Shown one piece after another: positions 48,582 to 58,913 of a DNA stretch of 64,000 nt (its first letter is position 1; every line of letters begins with the position of its first letter). This DNA is from Anaerolineae bacterium (GTDB lineage: Bacteria > Chloroflexota > Anaerolineae > B4-G1 > SLSP01). The DNA is taken from NCBI GenBank assembly GCA_034437215.1, contig DAOTVC010000076.1:27439-91438 (forward strand), written 5' to 3'. The notes under the pieces are model-generated. The model searched no databases, was not told the DNA's origin, and worked only from the letters and a program-made list of their open reading frames with translations. The translations under genes were made by a program, and so were the position numbers.

Positions 48582-48671
48582 TGTTAGGCAGGCAGGTGTT
48601 AGACAGGCAGGGGTTAGGCAGGCAGGTGTTAGACAGGCAGGTGTTAGACAGGCAGGTGTTAGATAAGCAGG
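48582..48671. repeat. 15-bp tandem repeat array, 6 units ((T/G)GTTAG(A/G)CAGGCAGG), ending 5 nt before the start codon of the MazG-like gene.
   Basis: Units at 48582, 48597, 48612, 48627, 48642, 48657; the last unit (tgttagataagcagg) supplies the AGGA RBS. Confidence 0.95.
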
Positions 48672-48676
48672 ATAGG

Positions 48677-48991
48677 ATGACGCTTGACGAGTTGACCGAC
48701 GCGATGAACCGCTTCGTCGAGGCCATGGGCTGGTACCGGCCCGATTCCCCCTTCGTGCAGAGCCCGCGCAACATCGCCATCTCCCTGACGTTGGAGGCCG
48801 GCGAGGTGCTCGAGCACTTCCAGTGGGGGGAGGAGGCCGTTCCGGAGGATCTGGCAGAGGAGCTGGCCGACGTGGCCCTCTACCTGCTTCAGCTGGCCTA
48901 CCTAACCGGCGTGGATCTGGAGGAGGCCATCGTCGACAAGCTGGCGGTGAACTACGAACGCTTTGGGCCGCAGGAAGACACGGCGGCGTGA
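48677..48991 (+). CDS. MazG-like all-alpha nucleoside triphosphate pyrophosphohydrolase (small, single domain).
   Basis: EAGEVLEHF and EELADVALYLLQLA EExxE-type motifs; 104 aa. The alternative TTG start at 48581 would translate the repeats as (QVLDR)n. Confidence 0.7.
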   Translation: MTLDELTDAMNRFVEAMGWYRPDSPFVQSPRNIAISLTLEAGEVLEHFQWGEEAVPEDLAEELADVALYLLQLAYLTGVDLEEAIVDKLAVNYERFGPQEDTAA

Positions 48992-49683
48992 AGACACGGG
49001 AGGCTGCAAGGAAATCCAACGCGACCTGCATCCTGGTAGTCAGCGACGATGTGGCCCCCTCGCTCTTCAGCGACAATCTCAAGAAGTACGTGGGGACCAT
49101 CGACGTGCTGCTCTCCTGTGGGGATCTGTCCTACTCCTACCTGGAGTATCTCGTCACCCAACTGCAGACTCGCTACGCCTACTACGTGCGCGGTAACCAC
49201 GACGGGCCCGAGTACCGGGCCAACAACACGACGCTGGAGGCGCCGGGCGGTTGGGTCGACGTCGACGGCCGGGTGAGGGAGGCCGAGAAGCACAGGCTGC
49301 TCGTCGCCGGACTCGAGGGCTCCATCCGCTACCGTCCCAAGGCGCCCTACCAGTACACGCAGACCGAGATGTGGTGGCGGGTGCAGAAGCTCGCGCTCAA
49401 GTTGCTCTTCAACTACGCCCTCTACGGGCGTTTCCTGGACATCTTCATCGCCCACTCCCCGCCTGCCGGGATCCACGACGGTCCCGACTGGCCCCACCGG
49501 GGCTTTGAGGCTTTTCGGGGTCTGATGAAGCGCTTCCGACCGCGCCTCTTCTTGCACGGTCACAAGCACCGCTACGGGCCCATGCCCTGGCGTACGGAGT
49601 TCGAGGAGACGGAGGTGGTGAACGTGCACCCCTTTCGCGTGATTCATTGGTACGAGGATGAGATCAAGTATGGACGCCTCTAG
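48988..49683 (+). CDS. Calcineurin-like metallophosphoesterase.
   Basis: GDLSY...GNHD...GHKH phosphoesterase motifs. GTG start overlapping the MazG-like stop (GTGA) is inferred; the ATG-less alternative is uncertain. Confidence 0.65.
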   Translation: MKTREAARKSNATCILVVSDDVAPSLFSDNLKKYVGTIDVLLSCGDLSYSYLEYLVTQLQTRYAYYVRGNHDGPEYRANNTTLEAPGGWVDVDGRVREAEKHRLLVAGLEGSIRYRPKAPYQYTQTEMWWRVQKLALKLLFNYALYGRFLDIFIAHSPPAGIHDGPDWPHRGFEAFRGLMKRFRPRLFLHGHKHRYGPMPWRTEFEETEVVNVHPFRVIHWYEDEIKYGRL

Positions 49684-51484
49684 TGCCAGCGCCGCCAAAC
49701 AGAGTTTCGACCGTGCCCGGTTGAAGGCCTTCTGGAACGCACTGGTCTCGACCCTGACGGGCCGTTCCAACCAGCTTCTGGCCTGGCAGGACGTGCGGGA
49801 TCAGCTCCATATCGGCGGGCAGTTCTACCGGGGCATCCAGTCGGTGCCCCTCGAGAGGATCGTCGGCAGCGTGAATCGCTACCGGGACTTCGACCGGGCC
49901 TTTCTGCCCCGCCAGACCCACACGGAGGCCCGGTGGCGGAACATCAGCAGCGCCTACTACCAGGAGAAGCACCTGCCTCCCGTCCAGCTCTACAAGGTGG
50001 GGGAGGCCTACTTCGTCCTCGACGGCAACCATCGCGTCTCCGTGGCTCGCGAGCAGGGACGGGCGTACATCGACGCCGAGGTCACGGAGGTGGAGGCGCC
50101 CGTCTCTGTGAGCGCCGACCTCGACGCCCGCGACCTGCAGATCAAGGGGGAGTACGCCGAGTTTCTGCGGCGTACGCGCCTCGACGAGCTGCGCCCCGGG
50201 CAGGGGATCGAGTTCACCATCGCCGGCGGGTACCAGCAGCTGTTGGAGCACATCGCCGTCCACCGCTACTTCATGGGGGGGGATCTGGGGCGCTTCGTGC
50301 CGGAGGAGGAGGCGATCACCCACTGGTACGATCACGTCTACCGACCTCTTGTGCAGACCGTCCGCCGGCAGGAGATTCTGAAGGAGTTTCCCAACCGCAC
50401 GGAGGCCGACCTCTACCTCTGGGTGATGGAGCATCTGCACTTTTTGAGAGAGAGCGGGGGACAGATCACACGGGCGCGCGCCGCCAAGCACTTTGCCGCT
50501 CACTACAATGCCAACCTGCTGAAGCGCGCTCTGAGCATCGTCGGTGGGCTCTGGAGCTCCATCGAGGACGTGGGGGAGGCGGAGGCCGCCGTCGACTTCC
50601 TCGTGGAGACCCGGCTCGACGAGCTGCGCCCCGATCACGGCATCCGGGTGAGCCGACCCGGCGGGTACCAGCGGTTGTTGGAGCACATCGCCGTCCACCG
50701 CCACTTCATGGGGCTGGAGCAGCAGCGCTTCATCGCCAAGCAGGAGGCCATCCTCGACTGGTACGACCACATCTACCACCCCATCGTACGTCTGGTACGC
50801 GAACAGGGCCTGACCCGAGAGCTCTCCCACCTCACCGACACGGAGATCTACCTCTGGATCATGGAGCACCTGCAGTTCTTGCAGGAGCAGGGCGCCCACC
50901 TGAGCCACGAGGAGGCGGTGGAGGATTTCATCCGCCACTACACCCTGCGGCCGCTGAAAGAGGTTCTGGACATGGTCCAGGATCTCCTGGAGGTGGGGAC
51001 GGGGCCCGCCGGTGCCACCACCTATCAGAACTTCCTCAAGTACACGCAGCTGGACCGTCTGCGCCCGCAGCACCGGATCTCCACGACCATCATCAGCGGT
51101 TACCGGCGGCTCCTGGAGCATATCGCGGCTCACCGGTACTTTATGGGTATCGATGAGCAGCGCTCCATCTCCGAGGAGGAGGCGGTGATGGACTGGTACG
51201 ATCAGGTCTACCTGTCCGTCGTCCAGGTGATTCGCGACCACCGTCTGCTGCAGACCTTCCCCAAGCGCACGGAGGCCGATCTCTACCTCTGGTTCATGGA
51301 GCACCGGCACACCCTGGAGGAGCGGGGGGAGATGCTGGGGCGGTTGAACCGGGTGCAGGAGCTGACCGACGAGGAGGTCGACGAGCCGCTGGAGCGCGCC
51401 GTGGATGCCGTTCAACAGCTCCTCGAAAAGACGAGCTCCAAGGATGGGCAGCCGGGAGAGGCTGAGGCGAGCGCCAGCGCCTGA
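49670..51484 (+). CDS. ParB/Srx-like N-terminal domain protein with three tandem ~150-aa DUF4032-like repeats.
   Basis: N-terminal YKVGEAYFVLDGNHRVSVAREQG (ParB-like). Three repeats each carry RLDELRP...GYQ(Q/R)LLEHIA(V/A)HR(Y/H)FMG...WYD(H/Q)(V/I)Y...TE(A/T)(D/E)(L/I)YLW(V/I/F)MEH. The DUF4032 naming is from memory of the motif and is inference. Confidence 0.7.
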   Translation: MDASSASAAKQSFDRARLKAFWNALVSTLTGRSNQLLAWQDVRDQLHIGGQFYRGIQSVPLERIVGSVNRYRDFDRAFLPRQTHTEARWRNISSAYYQEKHLPPVQLYKVGEAYFVLDGNHRVSVAREQGRAYIDAEVTEVEAPVSVSADLDARDLQIKGEYAEFLRRTRLDELRPGQGIEFTIAGGYQQLLEHIAVHRYFMGGDLGRFVPEEEAITHWYDHVYRPLVQTVRRQEILKEFPNRTEADLYLWVMEHLHFLRESGGQITRARAAKHFAAHYNANLLKRALSIVGGLWSSIEDVGEAEAAVDFLVETRLDELRPDHGIRVSRPGGYQRLLEHIAVHRHFMGLEQQRFIAKQEAILDWYDHIYHPIVRLVREQGLTRELSHLTDTEIYLWIMEHLQFLQEQGAHLSHEEAVEDFIRHYTLRPLKEVLDMVQDLLEVGTGPAGATTYQNFLKYTQLDRLRPQHRISTTIISGYRRLLEHIAAHRYFMGIDEQRSISEEEAVMDWYDQVYLSVVQVIRDHRLLQTFPKRTEADLYLWFMEHRHTLEERGEMLGRLNRVQELTDEEVDEPLERAVDAVQQLLEKTSSKDGQPGEAEASASA

Positions 51485-51535
51485 CCCGACTTGTGGTCAC
51501 GCGGCTTTGACTTATTATGACAGAAGTGAAATTAA

Positions 51536-52990
<1,455 letters not shown>

Positions 52991-53108
52991 TCGGTTAAGA
53001 GTGTGAGCTACGAGGCCCAACGCTCTGCGTTGGGCCTCGCGCGTTGAAAGCTCCTCCGTTCGGGAGTATCATTACCTCCAGAGACCTACGGGAAGGAGGT
53101 ACCATACC

Positions 53109-54344
53109 ATGAAACCCTTACTCAACCTGACGCCACGTGCCGAGGCCGTGGCGCGCTTTCAGCAGGCCCTGCCCCCGTACACCCTCCGCTCAGAGACCCT
53201 GGCGACGGTCGACGCGCTGAACCGGGTGTTGGTGCAGGACGTGACCGCGCCCCATCCCCTCCCCCACTTCGCCCGCTCGACGGTGGATGGCTACGCTGTA
53301 CGGGCCGCCGACACCGTCGGGGCGAGTGAGTCCCTCCCCGCCTACCTGCGGGTGGGCGGGGAGCTGCGCATGGGGCGCCCCCCCGACCTGACCGTCGGTG
53401 GTGGCGAGGCGGCGCTCATCCACACCGGCGGCGCCCTGCCCGCGGGGGCGGACGCCGTCGTGATGGTCGAGCGCACGCAGCCGGTCGGTCCCGATGAGAT
53501 TGAGGTGCTGCGCGCCGTCGCCTCCGGGGAAAACGTCATCCCCGTGGGGGAGGACGTGCAGACGGGGGCGGTGGTCATCGAGGCCGGAACCCGGCTGCGC
53601 CCCCAGGAGCTGGGGGGGCTGATGGCCCTGGGCTTCACCGAGGTCGCCGTGGCCCTACGTCCCCGGGTCGCCATCCTCTCCACGGGCGACGAGCTGGTCG
53701 CCCCCGACGAGATGCCCGACCTCAACCAGGTGCGGGACGTCAACAGCACCGTCGTCGGCGCTCTGGTGGCGGTCAACGGTGGGATTCCTTTGCGGTACGG
53801 TATCGTTCGCGACCGGGCCAATGCGCTCTACGAGACGGCGACTGCGGCGCTGGCGGAGGCCGACGTGCTCATCATCACGGCAGGGAGTTCCGTGAGCGAG
53901 CGTGACGTGACCGCCGACGTGATCAACCGGCTGGGGGAGCCGGGGGTTCTGGTCCACGGGGTGCCCGTCAAACCGGGGAAGCCCATCATTCTGGCGGTCT
54001 GCGACGGCAAGCCCGTCTTCGGCCTGCCCGGCAACCCCGTTTCGGCCCTCAACACCACCCGGCTCTTCGTAGGGCCCCTGCTCTGGCGCATGCAGGGCGC
54101 CTCACCGCCCCACCCCGGCTTCGTCCACGCCCGCCTGGCAGCCAACCTGCCCGCCGCTTCGGGGCGGGAGACCTTCGCCACGGTGCGTCTGGAGGGCCGG
54201 GACGATGGGATGTGGGCCGTGCCCATCTTCGGGGAGTCCAATCTCATCTTTACACTGGTACGGGGGGAGGGCATCGTGCACATTCCCCTCGGTGAGACGG
54301 GACTGGCGCAAGGAACGGAGGTGCGGGTGGAGCTGCTGCCGTGA
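53109..54344 (+). CDS. moeA: Molybdopterin molybdotransferase MoeA.
   Basis: MoeA N/C domain pattern (ILSTGDELV; GLPGNPVSA). GGAAGGAGG RBS. Confidence 0.9.
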   Translation: MKPLLNLTPRAEAVARFQQALPPYTLRSETLATVDALNRVLVQDVTAPHPLPHFARSTVDGYAVRAADTVGASESLPAYLRVGGELRMGRPPDLTVGGGEAALIHTGGALPAGADAVVMVERTQPVGPDEIEVLRAVASGENVIPVGEDVQTGAVVIEAGTRLRPQELGGLMALGFTEVAVALRPRVAILSTGDELVAPDEMPDLNQVRDVNSTVVGALVAVNGGIPLRYGIVRDRANALYETATAALAEADVLIITAGSSVSERDVTADVINRLGEPGVLVHGVPVKPGKPIILAVCDGKPVFGLPGNPVSALNTTRLFVGPLLWRMQGASPPHPGFVHARLAANLPAASGRETFATVRLEGRDDGMWAVPIFGESNLIFTLVRGEGIVHIPLGETGLAQGTEVRVELLP

Positions 54345-54367
54345 GGGGTTCCGCAAGCGTAGCCACG

Positions 54368-54395
54368 TTGACGCAGCGGCCTTTTACGGTATAAT
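54368..54395 (+). promoter_or_regulatory. Consensus promoter (TTGACG-16 nt-TATAAT) for tRNA-Thr.
   Basis: ttgacgcagcggccttttacggtataat ends 14 nt before the tRNA 5' end. Confidence 0.65.
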
Positions 54396-54408
54396 GCAGG
54401 GCGTAGGT

Positions 54409-54481
54409 GCCACCCTAGCTCAATCGGCAGAGCAGACGCTTCGTAAGCGCCAGGTTTTGGGTTCGATTCCCAAGGGTGGCT
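54409..54481 (+). tRNA. tRNA-Thr (anticodon CGU); CCA not encoded.
   Basis: Cloverleaf folded by hand. Acceptor stem GCCACCC/GGGTGGC; D-arm GCTC...GAGC; anticodon loop TTCGTAA; T-arm TTGGG-TTCGATT-CCCAA. One A-C mismatch in the anticodon stem. Confidence 0.8.
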
Positions 54482-54484
54482 CTG

Positions 54485-54511
54485 AGGCCCCGGCGCATTC
54501 GGGGCCTTTTT
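54485..54511 (+). terminator. Rho-independent terminator after tRNA-Thr (aggccccg-gcgcatt-cggggcct + ttttt).
   Basis: 8-bp GC-rich stem followed by T5. Confidence 0.8.
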
Positions 54512-54527
54512 ACTAGGAAGGACGGTG

Positions 54528-55535
54528 ATGCGCATACGGCAGTTGCTGGAAGGAGCGTGGAGGTGGCTGAGCAGCCCACCTCTTTTGCTGAGTACCCTGG
54601 CGCTGTTGGCATCAGTGTCGATAGTAGCGCTCCTTCTGCCCCAGTCACCCGTCTCCCCGGCCAACGAAGCCGCTTTTCTGCGTTGGCTCGCCGGGGTACG
54701 CCCGTCGCTGGGATCTTGGACGCGCCCCCTTGCCGACCTGGGTCTCCTGTCACTGCGCACCTCCTGGTGGTTTCGTCTGCCCCTGGCCCTGCTCGTTCTG
54801 ATCGTGGCGGCGCGCCTCGCTCGCCTTCGGGAGAGTGAGAGGCCCGGTGCGGTGCAAGAGCGGTTACGCAGGGTAGGCGTGCTCGTGGGAGCCCTCTTGC
54901 TGTTGCTCGGATGGCTCCTGCAGCTGCGGTGGGGTTGGTCGGAGACGGCGGTGATCCTGTGGGAGGACGAGCCTCTCACCCTCAGCGAGCGGACGCTCTC
55001 CCTGACCCCCAGGGATAGGCAGGCACTCTTCGGGCGTCACGGCTACGGCCTCTACACGGTACGAGGGAGTCTAGCCCTGGGCTTGGAGATCGCAGCGCGG
55101 GACGCATCCGACGAGCCGCTGACGCTGCAGACCTCCCTGCGGAGCGAACCCCAAGAGCGACTGCAGCTGGTGCTCACCGAGCAGCGACCTGATGGCTACT
55201 TCACCCTCTCCGACGCCGGGTTGGTCTTTCGGGCTACCTTGCAGGAGCTCCCGCCCGCTCCCGAGATTCGGGTGCAAGTCTACCAGAGCAGCAGCGGCAC
55301 CCTGCTTACCGAGACCCTGCTGCACGGGAGCGGCGCTCTCTTTGCAGAGGATTCACGCCTATCTTTTGAGAGCATCTTTCTGCCCCAGCTGCGCGTCGTC
55401 TACAATCCCGGTCTGCCCTTCACGCTGGTTGGGTGGCTTCTCCTCGCAGCTGCAGGCGTGTTGTCGCTGTTCGGCAGGCGTCCAGGGGGGGAAGAGCAGA
55501 CGGAGGACGGGAAGCAAGAAGTCGAGGAGGTGTGA
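54528..55535 (+). CDS. ResB/Ccs1-like membrane protein (putative; shorter than canonical ResB).
   Basis: N-terminal pattern resembles the start of ResB/Ccs1 (LSS..LLLSTLALLASVSIVALLLPQ); 2-3 TM segments. No ccsA/resC neighbour. Low-confidence call. Confidence 0.4.
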   Translation: MRIRQLLEGAWRWLSSPPLLLSTLALLASVSIVALLLPQSPVSPANEAAFLRWLAGVRPSLGSWTRPLADLGLLSLRTSWWFRLPLALLVLIVAARLARLRESERPGAVQERLRRVGVLVGALLLLLGWLLQLRWGWSETAVILWEDEPLTLSERTLSLTPRDRQALFGRHGYGLYTVRGSLALGLEIAARDASDEPLTLQTSLRSEPQERLQLVLTEQRPDGYFTLSDAGLVFRATLQELPPAPEIRVQVYQSSSGTLLTETLLHGSGALFAEDSRLSFESIFLPQLRVVYNPGLPFTLVGWLLLAAAGVLSLFGRRPGGEEQTEDGKQEVEEV

Positions 55536-56160
55536 TGTGCGACCGGTAATCATTGGAGTAGCAGGCGGAACGGGCTCGGGCAAGACAACCGTGGCCCACA
55601 AGATCTTGGAGCGGGTGGGGACAGAGAACATCTCCTATATCCCCCATGACGCTTACTATAAGGATTTGAGCCATCTGCCTCCGGAGGAGCGCCGTAAGGT
55701 CAACTTCGACCACCCCGACTCCCTGGAGAGCGAGCTGATGATCGAGCATCTGAAGCAGCTGCGAAGCGGGGAGGCGGTGGAGATCCCCGTCTACGACTTC
55801 ACCCGGCATACCCGCACCGACGAGACGGAGGAGGTCGTTCCCGCGCCCGTCGTCCTCGTCGAGGGGATCCTCATCTTCGCCGAGCCGGCGCTGCGCCACC
55901 TCTTCGACGTCAAGCTCTTCGTCGACACCGACGCCGACATCCGCTTCATCCGTCGGCTGCGGCGGGACGTCCAGGAGCGGGGGCGAACCTTCGAGACGGT
56001 GATCGACCAGTACCTGAGCACCGTGCGCCCGATGCACATGGAGTTCGTCGAACCCAGCAAGCGCTACGCCGACGTCATCATCCCCGAGGGCGGCTTCAAC
56101 GAGGTGGCCATAGAGATGGTAGCGGCCCGGGTCCGGGGCTTGTTGGAGGGGGAGGGATAG
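55535..56160 (+). CDS. udk: Uridine kinase.
   Basis: GVAGGTGSGKTT P-loop; collinear with Udk. ATG overlaps the upstream stop; GAGGAGG RBS. Confidence 0.9.
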
Positions 56161-56213
56161 TGTGATACAATGTTTTTCCGTATAATCTCACTCCAAAGTA
56201 AGGACGGCTCACT

Positions 56214-56825
56214 ATGCACAAGGATGTAAGAATCCACCCCACCGCTGATGTCTCGGATAAGGCGCAAATCGGAGAAGGAACTTCAATCTGGCACCAATCC
56301 CAGATCCGCGAGGATACCCACATCGGACGCAACTGTATCTTCGGTAAGGGCGTCTACGTGGATTTTGGCGTCAAGATTGGGGACAACGTCAAAGTCCAGA
56401 ACTACGTCTCCATCTACCACGGTGTGGAAATCGAGGATGGCGTCTTTATCGGTCCTCATGTCTGTTTTACCAATGACAATCTTCCCCGGGCCATTAATCC
56501 CGATGGTCAGCTCAAGGCGGCAGACGATTGGGAACTAGGCCACATTCTGGTGAAGCGGGGGGCAGCCTTAGGTGCAAACTCCACCCTGCTGCCCAAGGTC
56601 ACGGTGGGAGAGTGGGCATTGGTCGGCTCCGGAGCCGTGGTGACAAAGGATGTGCCAGATTATGGACTTGTCGTGGGTAATCCTGCCCACCTTAGCGGGT
56701 TCGTCTGTCCGTGTGGCGGGCGGTTGCAGGGTCGTGAGATAGAGGGTGAGGTTGTCCATGCTCAGTGCCCTCGTTGTGAAGGTGTTATCAACATTCCATC
56801 GAATATCTGGAGGCAAGCAGAATGA
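56214..56825 (+). CDS. WbpD-like left-handed beta-helix N-acetyltransferase (UDP-2-acetamido-3-amino-2,3-dideoxy-glucuronate N-acetyltransferase-like) with a C-terminal Cys4 zinc-ribbon tail.
   Basis: Hexapeptide-repeat body closely resembling WbpD ([15 protein letters not shown]...VGNPA); tail CPCGG...CPRC. Lower GC than surroundings. Confidence 0.8.
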   Translation: MHKDVRIHPTADVSDKAQIGEGTSIWHQSQIREDTHIGRNCIFGKGVYVDFGVKIGDNVKVQNYVSIYHGVEIEDGVFIGPHVCFTNDNLPRAINPDGQLKAADDWELGHILVKRGAALGANSTLLPKVTVGEWALVGSGAVVTKDVPDYGLVVGNPAHLSGFVCPCGGRLQGREIEGEVVHAQCPRCEGVINIPSNIWRQAE

Positions 56826-57901
56826 TCCCCATCGCCAAGCCCCTTATGGGGGAGGAAGAGAAAGAAGCAGTTCTGAAGGTTCTCGATTCGGGCATGATTG
56901 CCCAGGGACCCCAGGTGAAGGCCTTCGAGGAGGCCTTTGCACAGATGTGTGGTACGGAATATGCCATCGCTACCACGAGCGGGACGACGGCCCTCCATGT
57001 GGCGTTGTTGGCTCATGGAATTGGCCCGGGTGACGAGGTGGTCACTACGCCCTTCACCTTTATCGCCTCGGCAAATAGTATCCTCTTTACCGGTGCACGT
57101 CCCGTTTTTGTGGATATTGACCCTGAGACCTTCAACCTTGATCCTGAGATGATCGAGGCTGCTATCACCCCTCAGACGAAGGCGATCCTGCCGGTACATC
57201 TCTTCGGCCTCTCTGCGGATATGGAGTCGATCATGGAATTGGCTGAACAGTATGACTTGGCGGTCATTGAGGACGCCTGTCAGGCTCATGGTGCGGAGTA
57301 CAGAGGTGCGCGTGTGGGATCTTTCGGCACGGGTACCTTCTCCCTCTACCCTACCAAAAACATGACCTCGGCAGAGGGAGGGATGATCACCACGAACGAT
57401 GAGGAGATCGCCCAGAGCTGTCGTGTCATTCGCCAACATGGCATGCGCCGTCGATACTATCACGATGAGTTGGGTTTCAACTTTCGCATGACAGATATTC
57501 ACGCAGCCATAGGCATGGCGCAACTGGGCAAACTGGAGCGCTTCAATGATGCGCGCATCGCAAATGCCCGGTACCTTAGTGAACACCTCGAGGGGGTCGT
57601 CACCCCCACTATTCCCGAGGATTGCCGCCATGTCTTTCACCAGTACACGGTTCGCGTGCCTGGTGGAACACGGGATGCTTTCGTAGATTATCTACACGAG
57701 AAGGGTGTGGGCTGCGGTATCTACTACCCTGTGCCCATCCACCAGCAGACCTTTTACGTCCAGGATTTGGGGTACGAGGATCAAATGCCGGAGGCCGAAA
57801 AAGCCGCAGCAGAAGTAGTATCTCTACCTGTACATCCCGCTCTCAGCGATGAAGATCTGGAGTACATCGTTACCGTGATCAACGAGTTTGTAGGAGATTG
57901 A
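56822..57901 (+). CDS. DegT/DnrJ/EryC1/StrS-family PLP aminotransferase (WbpE-like).
   Basis: Family-typical GTTALHVAL and [21 protein letters not shown] (Lys-PLP region). Confidence 0.9.
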   Translation: MIPIAKPLMGEEEKEAVLKVLDSGMIAQGPQVKAFEEAFAQMCGTEYAIATTSGTTALHVALLAHGIGPGDEVVTTPFTFIASANSILFTGARPVFVDIDPETFNLDPEMIEAAITPQTKAILPVHLFGLSADMESIMELAEQYDLAVIEDACQAHGAEYRGARVGSFGTGTFSLYPTKNMTSAEGGMITTNDEEIAQSCRVIRQHGMRRRYYHDELGFNFRMTDIHAAIGMAQLGKLERFNDARIANARYLSEHLEGVVTPTIPEDCRHVFHQYTVRVPGGTRDAFVDYLHEKGVGCGIYYPVPIHQQTFYVQDLGYEDQMPEAEKAAAEVVSLPVHPALSDEDLEYIVTVINEFVGD

Positions 57902-57905
57902 ATCT

Positions 57906-58913
57906 GTGAATACGTTAAAAGCCGCCGTGATCGGCGTGGGCTCGATGGGCCAGCACCACGCCCGCGTCTACACGGAACTCCAAGAGACGACCCTCGTGGG
58001 TGTCGCCGACGCCGTCCCCGAGACGGGGCAGCGGATCGGGAGCAAGTACGGCGTCCCGACCTACACCGACCATCGGGAGCTGCTGGAGCGGGAGCAGCCG
58101 GAGATCGTCACCATCGCGGTGCCCACCCAGGAGCACCGCACCGTGGCGGAGGCGGCCCTCGAAGCGGGCTGCCACGTCCTCGTGGAAAAACCCATCGCGG
58201 CGACCATTGCAGAGGGCGAGGCCCTCATCGAACGCGCGGCAGAATTGAACCGCAAGCTGATGGTAGGGCACATCGTACGCTTCAGTCCCGTGATGCAGGC
58301 GCTCAAGCAGCACCTCGACGCGGGTGAACTGGGCCGCATCTTCCAGATTGTCTGCCGGCGGGTGGGCCCTTTCCCCGCGCGTATCCGCGACGTGGGGGTG
58401 GTGATCGATCTGGCGCCCCACGACCTGGATATCATGCGCTTCGTCACCGGGGATGAGATCGTCCACGTCTTCGCCGAGACGGAGCAGCAGATTCACACGG
58501 CGCACGAGGATCTGGTACTGGGGATGGTACGCTTCCGCAGCGGCATCTCCGGCGTGCTGGAGATCAACTGGCTGACGCCGACGAAGGTGCGGGAGGTGGT
58601 GGTGCTGGGCGAGCGGGGCATGTTCCGCGCCGACGACCTCACCCAGGACCTCTACTTCCACGAGAACGCGCAGGCCAACGGGCTGGAATGGGGGCACCTG
58701 AGCCTGCTCAAAGGCGTGAGCGAGGGGCGGATGGTACGTTATCCCATCCAGCGCCACGAGCCGCTCAAGGCGGAGCTGGCGACCTTCGCCGGCGCAGTCT
58801 TGAACGACACCCCCGTTCCCGTCAGTGGAGAGGATGGTCTCGCTGCGCTGCGGCTGGCCCTGGCCCTGGTGGAATCGGGGACGACCCAGCAGTTGGTGCG
58901 AGTGAGCGCATGA
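57906..58913 (+). CDS. Gfo/Idh/MocA-family oxidoreductase (WbpB-like UDP-GlcNAcA 3-dehydrogenase candidate).
   Basis: AAVIGVGSMGQHHA Rossmann motif; EKP motif. GTG start. Confidence 0.85.
   Translation: MNTLKAAVIGVGSMGQHHARVYTELQETTLVGVADAVPETGQRIGSKYGVPTYTDHRELLEREQPEIVTIAVPTQEHRTVAEAALEAGCHVLVEKPIAATIAEGEALIERAAELNRKLMVGHIVRFSPVMQALKQHLDAGELGRIFQIVCRRVGPFPARIRDVGVVIDLAPHDLDIMRFVTGDEIVHVFAETEQQIHTAHEDLVLGMVRFRSGISGVLEINWLTPTKVREVVVLGERGMFRADDLTQDLYFHENAQANGLEWGHLSLLKGVSEGRMVRYPIQRHEPLKAELATFAGAVLNDTPVPVSGEDGLAALRLALALVESGTTQQLVRVSA

Noticed and set aside
48581-48991. Upstream TTG start that would translate the iteron array as a (QVLDR)n extension of the MazG-like protein; likewise the plus-strand ORF 20580-20870 reading (RELTD)n.
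   Set aside because: The TTG start has no RBS. The ATG at 48677 has an AGGA at correct spacing and gives a normal-length MazG domain. The 20580 ORF overlaps apgM and the lipoprotein start. The parallel pentapeptide coding potential is noted but considered coincidental; ribosome profiling would be needed to settle it.
54525-54527. GTG start for the ResB-like gene as listed in the ORF track.
   Set aside because: The ATG one codon downstream (54528) sits at better spacing from the AGGAAGGA RBS.
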